The notes under the pieces: generated by a model
What the model saw: only the letters and a program-made list of their open reading frames with translations
Database searches by the model: none
Told to the model about the DNA's origin: nothing
Made by a program: the position numbers and the translations under genes
NCBI RefSeq assembly: GCF_963921235.1
Contig: NC_086109.1
Coordinates: forward strand, 37,202,001 to 37,266,000
From: Mobula hypostoma
Taxonomy: Eukaryota
Reading direction: 5' to 3'
DNA length: 64,000 nucleotides
In this document: piece by piece, positions 46,946-60,625 of the stretch
How positions within the stretch are numbered: the first letter of the stretch is position 1
Layout: every line of letters starts with the position of its first letter

Positions 46946-49059
46946 ACCTCCCTTTCCTCGTTATATGCGGGAGATACGTTCCTCGAAGTTGATGCATAAT
47001 GTGAAAATGCATAATATGAATAATTATTTAAATGGAGAAAATAGGGATGCATTCCTGAGAGCTTCCTAAATATGTTTTATCTGTAATTTATTCACATTTT
47101 CATACCAATACGACACAAAAGCAGTACCACAAGGCAACCTTCGTATTATATTTCATCAATTTAAGGTGGGTAACCATCATAGAAAGTTAACATACTAGGG
47201 TGTACAGTACTCACCAACAGTGGCAGGTGTGTTTGCTCTGGGAGAGGAGTGGTTGTTGTGGTGTCGGGCAGCTTTACATTGATGAGGTGGATGGTTGAGT
47301 GTCGTCAGGATCATCAAGGACAGCAAGGGGTGAAGGAAGACTCTCAAAACTCTCAGAACTGCTGGCAGCAGGAGATGACACCGGTTTGAAGATAGTGGTG
47401 AGGGTTGTTTGCTTGGCAGCATTTTGTTTTTCAGCATAAATTTGCTTGTAGGGAAGAAAGCTTGACTGCAGGGAACAACTGAAATGCTGACTCTGTTCTA
47501 AACTTGGGTCCACGTCCATCGCCATTTGTGCCAAGTGTCCCGCAGCCTAAAAAGATTCTGCCAGTTGCTTCAGAGTGGAAGACCTGGCCCTCTTTCCAGG
47601 ATTTATCAATGTTGTTGATGGCATGTCTGATGTTGAAGGACTTCCATCATTCCCTCACCGCTGGTAAACTCCCGGGATTTTCAAAATCGTCTGGTGTTTG
47701 CAGCATCTGAGAGACAGTTTGCCGTAAAAAATATGCCTTGAATGTGGATATCGCACCTTGGTCGAGTGGTTGAATCAGCGATGTTGTGTTAGGCGGCAGG
47801 AAACACACTGTCATGTTAAGATAAATGCTGTCCAATTGTTTAGGATGGGCTGGCGCATTGTCAAGCAACAAAAGAACATTAAAGGCAAGATTCTGTTCCC
47901 AGCAGTAGCGTTCAGCCTCAACAGCAAAATAATTAGCAAACCAATCTTCAAAGATTTGACCAGTGACCAATGCTTTCTTGTTAGCTGTCCGGTGGACAGG
48001 AAGCATATTCTTACTCAAACCCTTAAGAGCACGGGGGTTTAGTGCATGGTAAACTAAGAGAGGCTTCATCTTACAGTCTCCTTCGGCATTGGAACACATA
48101 AGCAAAGTCAATCTATCCTTTGCTGCCTTAAAACCTGACACAGTTTTTTCATCCTTACTTACGTAAGTGCGTTTCAGCTACACTTCCAAAAAAGCCTGGT
48201 CCCATCTGTATTAAACACCTGCTGTGGTGTGATGCCTAACTCAGCTATCACAGCCCACAACTGCACAGGGTAGCGTCCCAGAGCTATGTTACCTTTACCT
48301 GACGCCGACCTATATATAATTTCCAACTTTTTTTCCAAGTGTTAAAGCGGTTCTCCGGGGACCCTTTCTGAACTACTGTATTCTAAAAATCTTTGAATTG
48401 TTATAGTTATTAAAATATAGATCTGGGCTATTATTATAAAACACTACGTGGTAAAGTACACTTTTTTTTGTTTGTTTTAAACCAACCAGCTTTGTCGTGG
48501 TAGTGGGTGTAGATTTTTTTTTATAATATAATTAACCATACTGTTGTATTTCATAATTCAATTTATTGCATTTGATAGATCATGAATATGGGATACTGTA
48601 ATTATATCAGTGTGATCTAATTATAGTCCATTTGTTATCTTATTTTGATTTATAATAAGTATCCTCATGAATCCTGTATTTGTGTATATGATATTAATAA
48701 GAATATTGGAAAAAGAAAGAAAGAAAGCGGTTCTCTGCCGCTTGGCTGACAGCCCAGGACTTGACATCAGATGCTTAGTGGGCATAGTTAAATATTTCAA
48801 GCACATTGCACCACAGGTAAAAACACAAAAGTTTAAGAGCGCAAGATCGCACATCCATACGTTGCCAAAACCAATGCGAGACTGGTGGGAGTGAGACTGT
48901 GAGGCGTGCGCACGTGACTTGTATTGGTGGGAAAGCAGTGCTCCTCTCGTAACTGTGAGTTTTGGACGCATATAACGAGAAGTTGGTAGAAATAGGTTCC
49001 TCGCATAACTGTGAACCCGCATTGTCTGAAGACGCATATAACGAGGATAGGGTGTACTG
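46941..49059 (-). mobile_element. Tigger/pogo DNA transposon with degenerate DDE transposase
   Basis: GFKAAKDRLTLLMCSNAEGD, LLLLDNAPAHP, FLPPNTTSLIQPLDQG (47647-48141); inverted termini cctcgttatatgcg / cgcatataacgagg; TA TSD not clean. Confidence 0.9.
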
Positions 49060-52000
49060 GGAATCTGCCAGAAACCTGTCACTGTATTCTTCTTTTACTG
49101 GCTATAGTCAATCCTTCTAGTAAATCTGCTGCATGTTGCAAAGCATCTGTTCTCCAGACTTCATTAGCACCTCTGGAGTTTACTGACGTGGGCACTACCT
49201 TGTGTGCCTGATAGGAATACACCATATCCCCATGCATCGGGAGTAAGATATGGGTCAGCAGGTTCGATCGCATAAGCATGTGGTCCCTACCCGGTTGCTT
49301 GGTTTCTTTCAAAGAAAGGGGGCAATTTGTTGTTTCCAGGCACAAATTATTTCTACCTTGTTAAGTACTAATAGTGGTGGTCTGAGATGATCATGTAGTG
49401 AGGTTTGGTCTGTCTCATCGGTATAGAATAACGTATTCATCACGCTCAATTTGAGGAACAGTTGGAGTCTAATCCCATATTTCTGCTATTTTATTAACAC
49501 TTTCATAATATCAACCAGCATTTGCCTGCGCAACTACTGAAAACCAGGATATCAACCATTTTATAGTTCTAGGTGAGGTGCCATAGCATTTATCAAGAGT
49601 TCTCTGAGTTGAGCTACTGCTATTTAACAATTCCTTTCAAAATAATACTTTTGGTATAAGATGACCATGTTGGGCACCAATGTGATGGTAGTGGGTTTGC
49701 TGACCACAAAATTCTAAACTCAAGTGAAGACCTTAAGCCGTAAGTACTCTGATTATAGGAAGATTATACTGTAGTTATCTAATTTTCAGAGTCTACGTGT
49801 AGTTGACCTCAATGTTTACTCTTCATTGTGAGTTCAGCTGCCATACCCACTATTCTAGCAGTGGGTCCTCTCTCTATACCAAAGAGAAGGTACTTCCAGC
49901 TAACAAAGCAATTAATTTATATTCAGTGATACAAGGTTAAATTCAACAATATTCTTCAAGCACATTTAAAACTCACAGAGGGTTTCTATCTTAAACACTT
50001 TCAACTTACAAACCATTGTAAAACACAACGCATTTCTAAATCACAAAGGACAAAGCATGTCTGAAGCACAGGTAGAATGCCTATAAACTATAAAGGCATA
50101 CCAATGATGCAGATGAACAAGTCATCCATTGCAGAAAATGAAGCCCTAGGAATGGATCCTAGTTCATTCTGTGTTTCTTCCATGTTTCTTAATATTCCTC
50201 ATCCCAGTTCAATAAACCTGAACTGCTTTCTAGATTTAGACAGTTTCTCTCCCACTTGAATGACTTCACAAGTTTGTGATATTTCCTCAAATACCCTTTT
50301 AATGCAAAATGTCTAAAAACTTTTTAGGAGACATACTAGACACTTAATGCTGTAAAGCTAACTTCCTTGAGTAGATCGAACTCCCAACTATAAAAACAAC
50401 AGTTACTTGATATGCTAAATGATAATCCATCTGGTCTGCAAGCCTCCTTGAACTAAGTAACTTAGCTTTATCAATGTTGAATCAAGCTAAATTAAATAAC
50501 CAGTTGTCTTATACTGTACTGCACTCTGAGCAAAAAAAAACAGGTACAGTGAGTTACATCTTACTTCTTGTCCATCATGGGCTTGTTTGCACAGCTATGT
50601 TTTTAACTTCAAGCAGATTACTGCTTTCCATTTATTATACAGTATATTTTAAGAACTGAAGACTGACTCCCACTCATGACCAGAGTGAAACAATAGATAG
50701 AAATGGACTTTTACTTATATCTGTTTGATCTTACACATGGCAGCTGCTGTGTTTAGAAAGAAAGCTTTGCAAAACATGAGAAAGAGGAACACCTCCACAT
50801 TCCTTTTCATAGTGAGTCAATCAGAGTTGTACACAATACTCCAAGTATGACCTAGCCAAAGTTTTTCATAGCTACAACATGATTTCCCATACTTTATATT
50901 TTATGTTCCAACTAATGAAGGCACGAGCCATGTTTCCTTTTCCACCTTATCTAGTAGTATTACACATTCAAGGAGCTATAGACTTGTATGCCAATGCTCC
51001 CAAGAATCTTTCTCTGAATTATATATTCTCCTTTTGCATTTGACCTTCCTAACTGCAAAGCCTTGCATTTTTCTGCACTAACTTCCACCTGCCACTTCTC
51101 TACCCATATTTTCAGTTGATCTACTGTACATTCTGCTGTATTATATGACTATGTTCCACACTAATTGTTGTAGCTGTGAGAAAGAGTGCAAATAATCAAT
51201 TAATATATTGTTTAATTCTCATACACAAAGACTCATGAGTGCAGTAAAACACAATTACTAAAATCTGCTCTCTAATTGCTGGGCTTAATATCTCTGTTTA
51301 CAGATACTAGCTCACTGATATAACTGATGAAAAAGTTTAAAAAATGGAATTGCCAGAAATTTGAAATAAATGCAACATTGAAAACAGACAACAGGGAGGG
51401 AAGCATAAGTGAGTTAATGGTTCAGGTTAATCAGAATCTGAAAACATCCAGCTCTTTTATCATGGTTATATAGCTGCAGTCCATTAAGTATTGAAAATAC
51501 CAGCAATCTAATTATACTCTCTATTCCCATTTATGGTCCAACAGATCATAAGGTCACTTTTTGGAATCTATGCCCATGCACATATGTTTGCCCAAGTGCA
51601 AAGAAAACGCTGAGCCAGTTTAAAGCATCAAGGCCCAAGAGTGGAAAATGAACCAGTGTTCAGCCTCACTAATTCATGCCAATTAAAGCGTTGCGCCAGA
51701 TTTAAGTGCTGAGGCCCAGCAGCAAAAATTGAACTGGTATTTAGCCCACTGCTCTGGGCCAGCCAACATCCCCCATCTGAGCCCATCCCATTTGCTTGTG
51801 TTAGACTCATCTCCCTCTCTTCTTACTACTACCATTGGGCAAGAGGTGCAGGAGTCACTGGCAGGCTCAGGAGCAGTTGTTGCCCTGCAGCCATTGGGCT
51901 TCTGGACTGGCTTCACTCGCCTCAGTGCTAAACTGACTTCACAGCCTCTAGACTCGCTTCTGAGAATTCTGCAGTTCACATTCTGTATATTATTGGTTTA

Positions 52001-52169
52001 TTTTTTAATTTTTGCATGAATTGTCCTCCTTTGTACATTAGATATTTGTTGGTCTTTGTCATATGTGGTTTTTCATGGATTCTATTGTGCTTCTTCATTT
52101 TGTGGTCACCTGCAAATATATGAATTTCAAGGTTGTATTTTGATATTTTGAACTCTGAACTTTTGGAAA

Positions 52170-54455
52170 TCGAATTGCAGAAATGTACTGCACAGAAATG
52201 GGATCCTATAGACCAGCTCCTCCATGCTGACTGTAGTGTCTATCTATAGAGTCCCATTTGCCCACATTAGGCCCTTCTCCCTCTACTCCTTTTATATCTA
52301 ACTATATGTCCAAATGTATTTTAAATGTTGTAATAGTGCATACCTCCACCATCTCCTCTGGCAGCTTGTTTCAAATATTCACCACCCTTTGACTGAAAAA
52401 AAAACACTATGTCTCAGATCTCTTTTAAATTGTTCCCCTCTCATCTTAAACCTGTGCTCTCTAGTTTTAGTGTCTCCCGCACTTACAAAAAAACATTTTG
52501 ATTATCTATCCTGTCTGTGACCCTTAAAATTTTGTGGTTCTCTATAAGTCACTGCTCAACCTCCTATGTTCAAGTGAGAGCAAACCGAACATAATCTCTC
52601 ATTATATCAATTTATAATCTTTCATTATGAGTACAGTCTTCCATTCCAGACAATATACTGCTGAATCTCATTTGCCCTCTCACTATTGTCTAACCAATGT
52701 TAGAACTTAAAGGTGACATCCTAACACTAATACTCATTGTCTCTGCATATCAGATGGTCTTTATTACTGCCTTATTCACCTGCGATGTTGCTTCGAGAGA
52801 ACTATGAACTTGTACTTCAAGATCTCTGTATATCAACACTCCTAAGATCCTTGCCATTTATTCTACATATCCTACCCAATAATGACTGCCCAACATGTAT
52901 CACCTTGCATTTGTCTGGATTAAGTTTCATCTGCCACCATTTAGCCTAACTTTCCAACTAATGTATTTCTCACTTTGTTTTTAAATACTGTCTTCACTGC
53001 AAACTTACTTATTACACCCCATGTATTCTCATCCAAGTATTTTATATGTACAGTGGATTCCGGTTAATTGAGCCATCAGTAAATTGGGGCAGACACTCAT
53101 TTGCGGCAACACTTAAAGAACAAAAGCTGATCAAGAAAATTGCTGGGATTCCCTTTGTTTATTCGGGACACTATGCTGCTTAATTGGGACAGGCAACTGT
53201 AGCTAAACAAGTTCCAACTAGCGTCAGTGACATGAACTTGTATCGCCGTTAGACGCTACACCATTCTTAGAGCAATCAGTTTTTTAAGTAGTCAGTTGCT
53301 TCTGTTTGTGTTCAAAAATCAGTGATTTTTGCCACTGATGGTTAACGAGAAATAATCAGTAAGACAATTCAGAACTGATCAGCTGAATGCAGCTTCAGCA
53401 TTCAAGCTTGGAGATGCCTGAAACAGTCAGGAATGAAAGTAAAACAATTTCAATACTTCAGCAAGTTAGGAACTACAAGGAATTTGAAAATATTGACAAT
53501 CAGCATGAATATTATGATGAAAATAAAGAGTTGAAGGATGCAATTTCGATAGCATTGTATGAAGGCAGTCCATTAGTTGTACGAGGTGTCTGCATGATTT
53601 TGTTCATTTACAGTCAATCAAAAACACACGATAATGTAAACACCATTGATAACTACTAGGAGTTGATGCAGAGATTTATAGCGCTGTAGTACTATTTGCA
53701 GTTCTCTAAGTTGCTTTGTATTTCATTTAACAACATAATTTGTTACAGTTTGTCTTTTTATACTTTTTAACGAGTTCTATGAAACTTTGACTAATTGGGG
53801 CCACTCCCACTGCTTAACTGGGCCAAAATGTACTGGTCCCAATGTGTCCCAATTAACCAGAATCCACAGTATTGTGCAAAGTTCCAACAGCATTCCCTGT
53901 GATACTTCGCCTGTTAAAGATCTCCCATCAGATATGTATCCATCCACCATTGCATCCTAAACCCAGCCAACCTTGGGTCCAATTCACCAACACAACCTAG
54001 ACCCCTTATTCCTTAATATTCTGGCCAGGCTACCACATAAGGCTTTGTCAAAAGCCTTACTAGGGTCCATATAGTCATCTACCACCCTGCCTTCATAAAT
54101 TTCCTTGCTTAACTCCTCCAAAATCTTAACCAGATTCTTGAGGCTTGATCTCCTCTGCATAAAGCCATGCTGATTCCTCCTAATCTCCACCTGCTTTTCC
54201 AATGAAAACATAAATCCTGTCTCTTGGAATCTTTTCCAATTTGGACCCTACCACTCACACAAGCTCAGTAGCTTGTGTTTTCCAAACGTATCTCTAGTAT
54301 CCTTCAAGAAGAGAACATCATTTGCTACATCTTCAGACCCCTGGAACTTCACTCATGGCTAACAATGATGGAAACATCCCTATCAGAGGCCTAGCCATAT
54401 GCTCCCTTGCTTCCTTCAGCATTTTGGGATGGATCCCATCCTGGCCTGGTGATTT
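52170..54455 (-). mobile_element. Old CR1 remnants interrupted by a MITE
   Basis: IRRNQHGFMQRRSSLKNL..YMDPSKAFDKA (53984-54211); CR1 tail-like sequence at 52170-52500. Confidence 0.65.
53051..53869. mobile_element. Non-autonomous Tc1/pogo (Tigger-like) element
   Basis: TA-CAGTGGATTCCGGTTAATTG ... CAATTAACCAGAATCCACAG-TA: TIRs with TA TSD. Confidence 0.88.
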
Positions 54456-54456
54456 A

Positions 54457-55000
54457 TAGTTGATAGTTGATTGTCATACTTTATTGATCCCGGGGGAAAT
54501 TGGTTTTCGTTACAGTTGCACCATAAATAATTAAATAGTAATATGTAAATTATGCCAGGAAATAAGTCCAGAACCAGCCTATTGGCTCAGGGTGTCTGAC
54601 CCTCCAAGGGAGGAGTTGTAAAGTTTTATGGCCACAGGCAGGAATGACTTCCTATGACGCTCTGTGTTGCATCTCGGTGGAATGAGTCTCTGGCTGAATG
54701 TACTCCTGTGCCCAACCAGTACATTATGTAGTGGATGGGAGACATTGTCCAAGATGGCATGCAACTTGGACAGCATCCTCTTTTCAGACACCACCGTCAG
54801 AGAGTCCAGTTCCATCCCCACAACATCACTGGCCTTACAAATGAGTTTGTTGTTTCTTTTGGTGTCTGCTACCCTCAGCCTGCTGCCCCAGCACACAACA
54901 GCAAACATGATCGCACTGGCCACCACAGACTCGTAGAACATCCTCAGCATCGTCCGACAGATGATAAAGGACCTCAGTCTCCTCAGGAAATAGAGACGGC
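54457..55000 (-). mobile_element. Rex1/Babar LINE 3' end
   Basis: MLRMFYESVVASAIMFAVVCWG..SHPLH..TERHRKSFLPVAIKLYN; tail aataaagtatgacaatcaacta. Confidence 0.88.
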
Positions 55001-56763
55001 TCTATCCATCTTAATGTGCACCAATATTTCAAATACCTACTCCTTCCTGGTACAGAGGTGCTCCAGAATATCCCTGTATTCCTATCTTAATTCTCCTGCC
55101 TCCATGCCTTTCTCCCTGAAAAATAATGTAGTTAGAGAGGAAGTCACTCCAATAAGTAGTCTACACCGAAAACAAAAAAAAAGTACCAGATATATTCAGA
55201 GGATCAGGTATTATTGGCTAAATGAGGAAAAGATTTATTTTTTAGATCAATGACTTCATCTCAACTGAGCACTGGATCTGAAACAGTTTCTCACACCACA
55301 GATGTTCAGCCAGTTAACGTTTGCAAAAGTATTTCTATTTTTATTCCAGAATTCTGGTACTTCTCTAGCTAGCTTTTATAGGTACATGTCTTAAAACCTG
55401 TCCTTTTAAATTAATGGATATAAAAATGGGCAAGTTCCCTTAAGAGCACAGTATCCCCAATATTCAGTTATCTAGCATACTACACCCCTGGGAAAAATAT
55501 TCAGAAATGGTATGCCATTTGTATTTCAGGCTGAGCCACAGTTTACAGACCTGTTTGTGGAACTGCTATTACTGCCAAATACCAAGGAAATAAGTCATTA
55601 TCTGAAACAGAGCAGCTTTGGTTTCCAAAACTAAATTACTGAAATTATAAAATATATATATTTGGATTGTCAACAGATGCTGATGTATTTGATCCGGTTT
55701 ATTCATTCATCCAGTGAGACATTAAACTCTACTCTGATAAGCAATAAATATTTCTGTGTGGGGGGAGAAATGTTGGAGCTATCAAAGTTTTCAAGATGCA
55801 GCTTTATATCACCAATGATATCAGTGAGATAAAAAAAAACATTAGAACATCATAATCTCATCAAATGTTGGGAATTGCAGTCTCCCAGTCTGTTACTGAA
55901 CTCACCATTGCCTGTAACAGTGGATCAGTGACTCACAAAAGAGAGGGTTCAAATGCATTTCAGATTCGCATAATGGCTGTTAACTGTATGAATAAGATTG
56001 CAGACTCTATGTGAAGTACAGGCAAGTGCTTAAGGTATTTCAGATCATTTGAATTTATTAATTATTCATTAATATTGAAGGTGTTTTAAAGAAATGCATT
56101 TAAAGTTTAAAGTTACTCTTTAAAGTTAAACTTTTGAAAGTAGTCTATTATCATAGAGCATTGTGCTCAAGATGTAGGGTCTCAGGATACGACACCTAAA
56201 ATCTACTTGCTGTTGTTCTATGTTCTGTGATACTCAAAGTCTGTTCCACTTTACATGGAGTGCAAAAATCAATAGTGCCAGCATCTAACCTCAGCTACCC
56301 TGAAGCATCCACATTTGATCTTGTAAAACATTGAATGAATGTCTGTCGGTTCAATGCCAACTAAACTCTTTTTGAAACTCCGAACAGTCTGTTAAACACT
56401 GAGGATGTCTGTCTAGATTCAGGTTTATAGCTTGTACATAGTCTGTGAGGCATTTTGAAAGCCCAAGAAATGTAATGTGCTTGGATATGAATGAATGAAA
56501 TAACAAAAAGTAACCATTAAAATGCCAGTGTCTGTCTGGATTAGGATAAACTTTAAGGTAAACTTTAAAGTACTTTTGTAAGTTCAAGGAATGTTGTGTA
56601 CTTGGCCATGAAGGCGTGAGAACAAAATATCAGAGTCTGTCTGCCTTTTGATGACTGAGTTTGTGAAACCTATGTAAGTATTGACCTGCTTTTCAAGGTT
56701 TTCAATAGATTTCAACTGGGGCTGGAAAACAAAATAGGCGCTTTGGACCCAGGAGTAGTTTCA

Positions 56764-57040
56764 CAAACACAAAATAATCTGCAGATGCTGGGGTCAAAGC
56801 AACTCACAACACGCTGGAAGAACTCAGCAGGTTGGGCAGCATCCATGGAAACGATCAGTCAATGTTTTGGGCCGGAACTGAAGAGGGAAGGGGCAGAGGC
56901 CCTATAAAGAAGTGGGGGGAGGGTGGGAAGGAGAAGGCTGGTAGGTGCCTGGTGAAAAACCAGTAAGGGGAAAGATAAAGAGGTGGATAAAGGGGTACCA
57001 GCCTTCTCCTTCCCACCCTCCCCCCACCTTCTTTATAGGG
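56764..57040. mobile_element. Short Penelope-like tail with internal inversion
   Basis: Same terminus as 4283; 56900-56943 is inverted at 56996-57040. Confidence 0.7.
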
Positions 57041-57329
57041 AATGTGAGCCCAGAAATCCTTGTGACTTGCTACGTAATATTTTATGTGGTTTATTTGTGC
57101 TATTTATTTTATGATAATAAATTAGGCTTAAGCTACGTTGCTGTGCTTATACTTACTACCGTACTGCATTTCCTAGACACTCGAATTGTTAGGTCTGATT
57201 AATCCAGCCCTTTAGATCACGTTGGACTTCTCATCTGGTTAAGCAGAAATCCAAGACACACCGAGGCTCTTCAGAACCATGGGACAAGTCTCAGTTGTGT
57301 TTGGTCAGCTCCTACAGTCCTTTATTCCA

Positions 57330-59600
57330 GAAAAGGAATGGTGACACAACCACTACTAACAAGAGAAGTCAAAGCCAATATAAAAGCCAAAGAGACAGTA
57401 TATAATACAGCAAAAAATAGTGGGAAGTTAGAGGATTGGGAAGCTTTTAAAACCAACAGAAGGCAACTAAAAAGACGTTAAGAAGGAAAAGATGGAATAT
57501 GAAAGTAAGCTAGCCACTAATATTAAAGAGGATACCAAAAGTTTATTCAGATACTTAAAGTGTAAGAGAGAGGTGAGAGTGGATACTGGACCACTGGATA
57601 ACAATGCTGGAAAGGTAGTAGACCATAAGACTTAAGACAAAGGAGCAGAAGCCGGTCATTTGGCCCATCGAGTCTGCTCCGCCATTTTATCATGAGCTGA
57701 TCCATTCTCACATTTAGTCCCACTCCCCTGCCTTCTCACCATAACATTTGATGTCCTGGCTACTCAGATACCTATCAATCTCTGCCTTAAATACACCCAA
57801 TGACTTGGCCTCCACTGCCACCCGTGGCAACAAATTCCATAGACTCACCGCCCATAGTAATGGGGGACAACAAAATGATGGATGAACTGATTAAGTATTT
57901 TGCGCCAATCTTCACTGTGGAAGATACTAGCAGTATGGTGCAAGTCCTAGGTGTCAGGGGTCATGAAGTGTGTGAAGTTCCCATAAGGAGAGAGAATGTT
58001 CTTAGGAAACTGCAAGTTCTGAAGGTAGATAAGTCACCTGAACAAGATGCTGTACACACCTGGGTTCTGAAAGAGGTGACTGGAAAGCATTAGTGGAGGC
58101 ATTAGTAATGATCTTCCAAAAATCACTAGATTCTGGAATGGTTCCAGAAGATTTGTAAATTGCAAATGTTACACCATTCTTCAAGAAGGGAGAGAGGCAG
58201 AAGAAACAAGTCTATAGGCCAGTTAATTTGCCTTCAGTAGTGAGGAAAATGTCAGAGTCCATTATTAAAGATGAGGTCTCAGGGCACTTGGAGGCACATG
58301 ATAAAATAGGCTGTAGTCAGCATAGTTTCCTCAAGAGAAGATCTTGCCTGACAAATCTGTTGGAATTCTTTGAAGAAATAAATAACAGGATAAACAAAAG
58401 AGAATCGGTTGATGTTATGTGTTGGATTTTCAGGAGGCCTTGGCCAAGGTGTCACACATGAGGGGGCTTAACAAGCTGCAAACCCATGGTATTTCGGGGA
58501 AGATTCTAGCATGGATAAAGTAGTGGCTGATTGGCAGGAGGCAAGGAGTGATAACAAAGGCAGCCTTTTCTGGCTGGCTGCCAGTCACAACTGATGTTCC
58601 ACAGGGGTCTGTGTTGGAACTGATTCTTTTTACGTCATAGGTCATTGATTTGGATGATGGAATTGTTGGATTTGTTCCAAAATTTGCAGAGGATATGAAG
58701 AAAGATGAAGGGGCAGATAGTTTTGAGGAAGCAGAGAGGCTACACAAGGACTTAGACAGATTAGGAGAACGGACAAAGAAGTGGCAGATAGAATACAGTG
58801 TCGGGAACTATATAGTCATGCACTTTGGTAGAAGAATTGAAAGGGTTGACTATTATCTAAATGAAGAGAAAACACAAAATAAAACTGAGGTGCAATTGGA
58901 CTTGGGAGTCCTTGTGCAGGATTCCCTAAAGATTAATTTGCAGGTTGAGCCTATGGTGAGGAAGACAAATGCAATATGAGCATTCATTTCAAGAGGACTA
59001 GAATATAAAAGCAGGGATGTAATGTTGAGACTTTATAAAACACTGCTGTGTCCTCACTTGGAGTACTGAGCAGGTTTGGGCCCCTTATCTTAGAAAGGAT
59101 GTGCTGAAACTGGAGAGGGTTCAAAGGAGATTCACAAAAATGCTTCCAGGATTGAATGTCTTGTCATATGAAGAGAGTTTGATGGCTCTGGGCCTGTATT
59201 TGCTGGAATTCCGAAGAATGAGTGGTGACCTCATTGAAACCTATCAAATGGTGAAAGAGTGGATGTGGAGAGGATGTTTCCTATGGCAGGACAGTCTAAG
59301 ACCAGAGGACATAGCCTCAGAATGGAGGGGCATCCTTTTAGAACAGAGGTGAGGAGGAATTTCTTTAGCCAGAGAGTTTTGAATCTGTGGAATTCCTTGC
59401 CCCAGGCAGCTGTGGAAGCAAAGTCTTTACGTATATTTAAAGCAGAGTTGATAGATTCTTGATTAGTCAGGGCATGAAGAGATATCAGGAGAAGGCAGGA
59501 GATTGGGGCCGAGAGGAAAATTGGATCAGCCATGATGAAATGGTGGTGCAGACTTGATGGGCCAGATGGCCTTCTTCTGCTCCTATATGTTATGGTCTTA
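57330..59600 (+). mobile_element. Degenerate CR1 ORF2 with 3' tail; nested minus CR1 tail at ~57620-57850
   Basis: DKSPEQDAVH, SQHSFLKRRSCLTNLLEFFEE, KFAED, RRNFFSQRVLNLWNSLP; tail ttatggtctta. Confidence 0.92.
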
Positions 59601-60625
59601 TAAAAACTAAGTCCAGGTAGTTTAAGCAGTGGATGACCCCAATTAATTTTAAATTAAGGAAAACTGTATACATTTCAAAAGAATTATCTATTTTATTGGC
59701 AATTTATCCAACATAACATTAATATAATTATCAAACGCAGATATAATTGCATTCTTGACAACCAGATTTGTAAACTATTTCTCTATTCGCTCTTTGGGGT
59801 ATGTTATCTTCCAGTCCCTGACTTCCAGTGACAATGTTTATATAACTTAACCATAAATAGTTTCACATTTAGTCTTCCTTTTCTGGTGTATCAGATTCTC
59901 TAATTTAATTCTGATGAGTCACTATCATTATGTATCAAACTTTAATGAGAAAACTATTATCATTGTCAGGAATATCAGGTAAGAGATACTGACATACAGC
60001 AATTTGTCATATTGAGTGTGTATATTTGGGAAGCCATTTTATTCTGTCATTGGCTACCCACTGGAGGGAGTTGATAACAATAACTCTAAGTATCTTCAAG
60101 TCGTTTTATAAACAGTTTCAAAGTGCAGGTTCATAGTTATTACTGTGATTGACACGTACATTTAAAGAAGTCACATAACATTAACTCTGTACTCAAAACT
60201 GTAATCAACCTTTGTCTTAACATTGTAAATCTACTGGGTAGGAGTGGAATATACATGTCAATGGACAACAGTCTTTCTCAGTATCAGACTGCAGTCATGT
60301 CAAACTGAGTCGCATTGTGCAACAGAGCACAAAGCTCTCTACCAACAACATCGCGAGCTGACCAGCTGGCATGTAGATGTGGTTTTCTCTTCTAAGTGAT
60401 GAGGCATTCGGATGTTTTTTCCCAATACAAGAATTTGAAATGGAAACAAAACAAAAAAAATTGTTTTAATTACTTTGATTAATTTCTTCAGGTTATAATA
60501 TCTTTATTTCAAAACTGTTAAACTTGTTCATAATTGTACTTAAATTAAATAAACCAGAATTGTTAGGTCATTTTCAATTTAAGCCTCATCAGTCTGCTTA
60601 TTTAACATCAACAACAGATCAATTT

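Noticed and set aside
56589..56679. Candidate exon ending at a GTAAGT donor
   Set aside because: All three frames from the nearest plausible acceptor contain stops; no supporting neighbouring exons.
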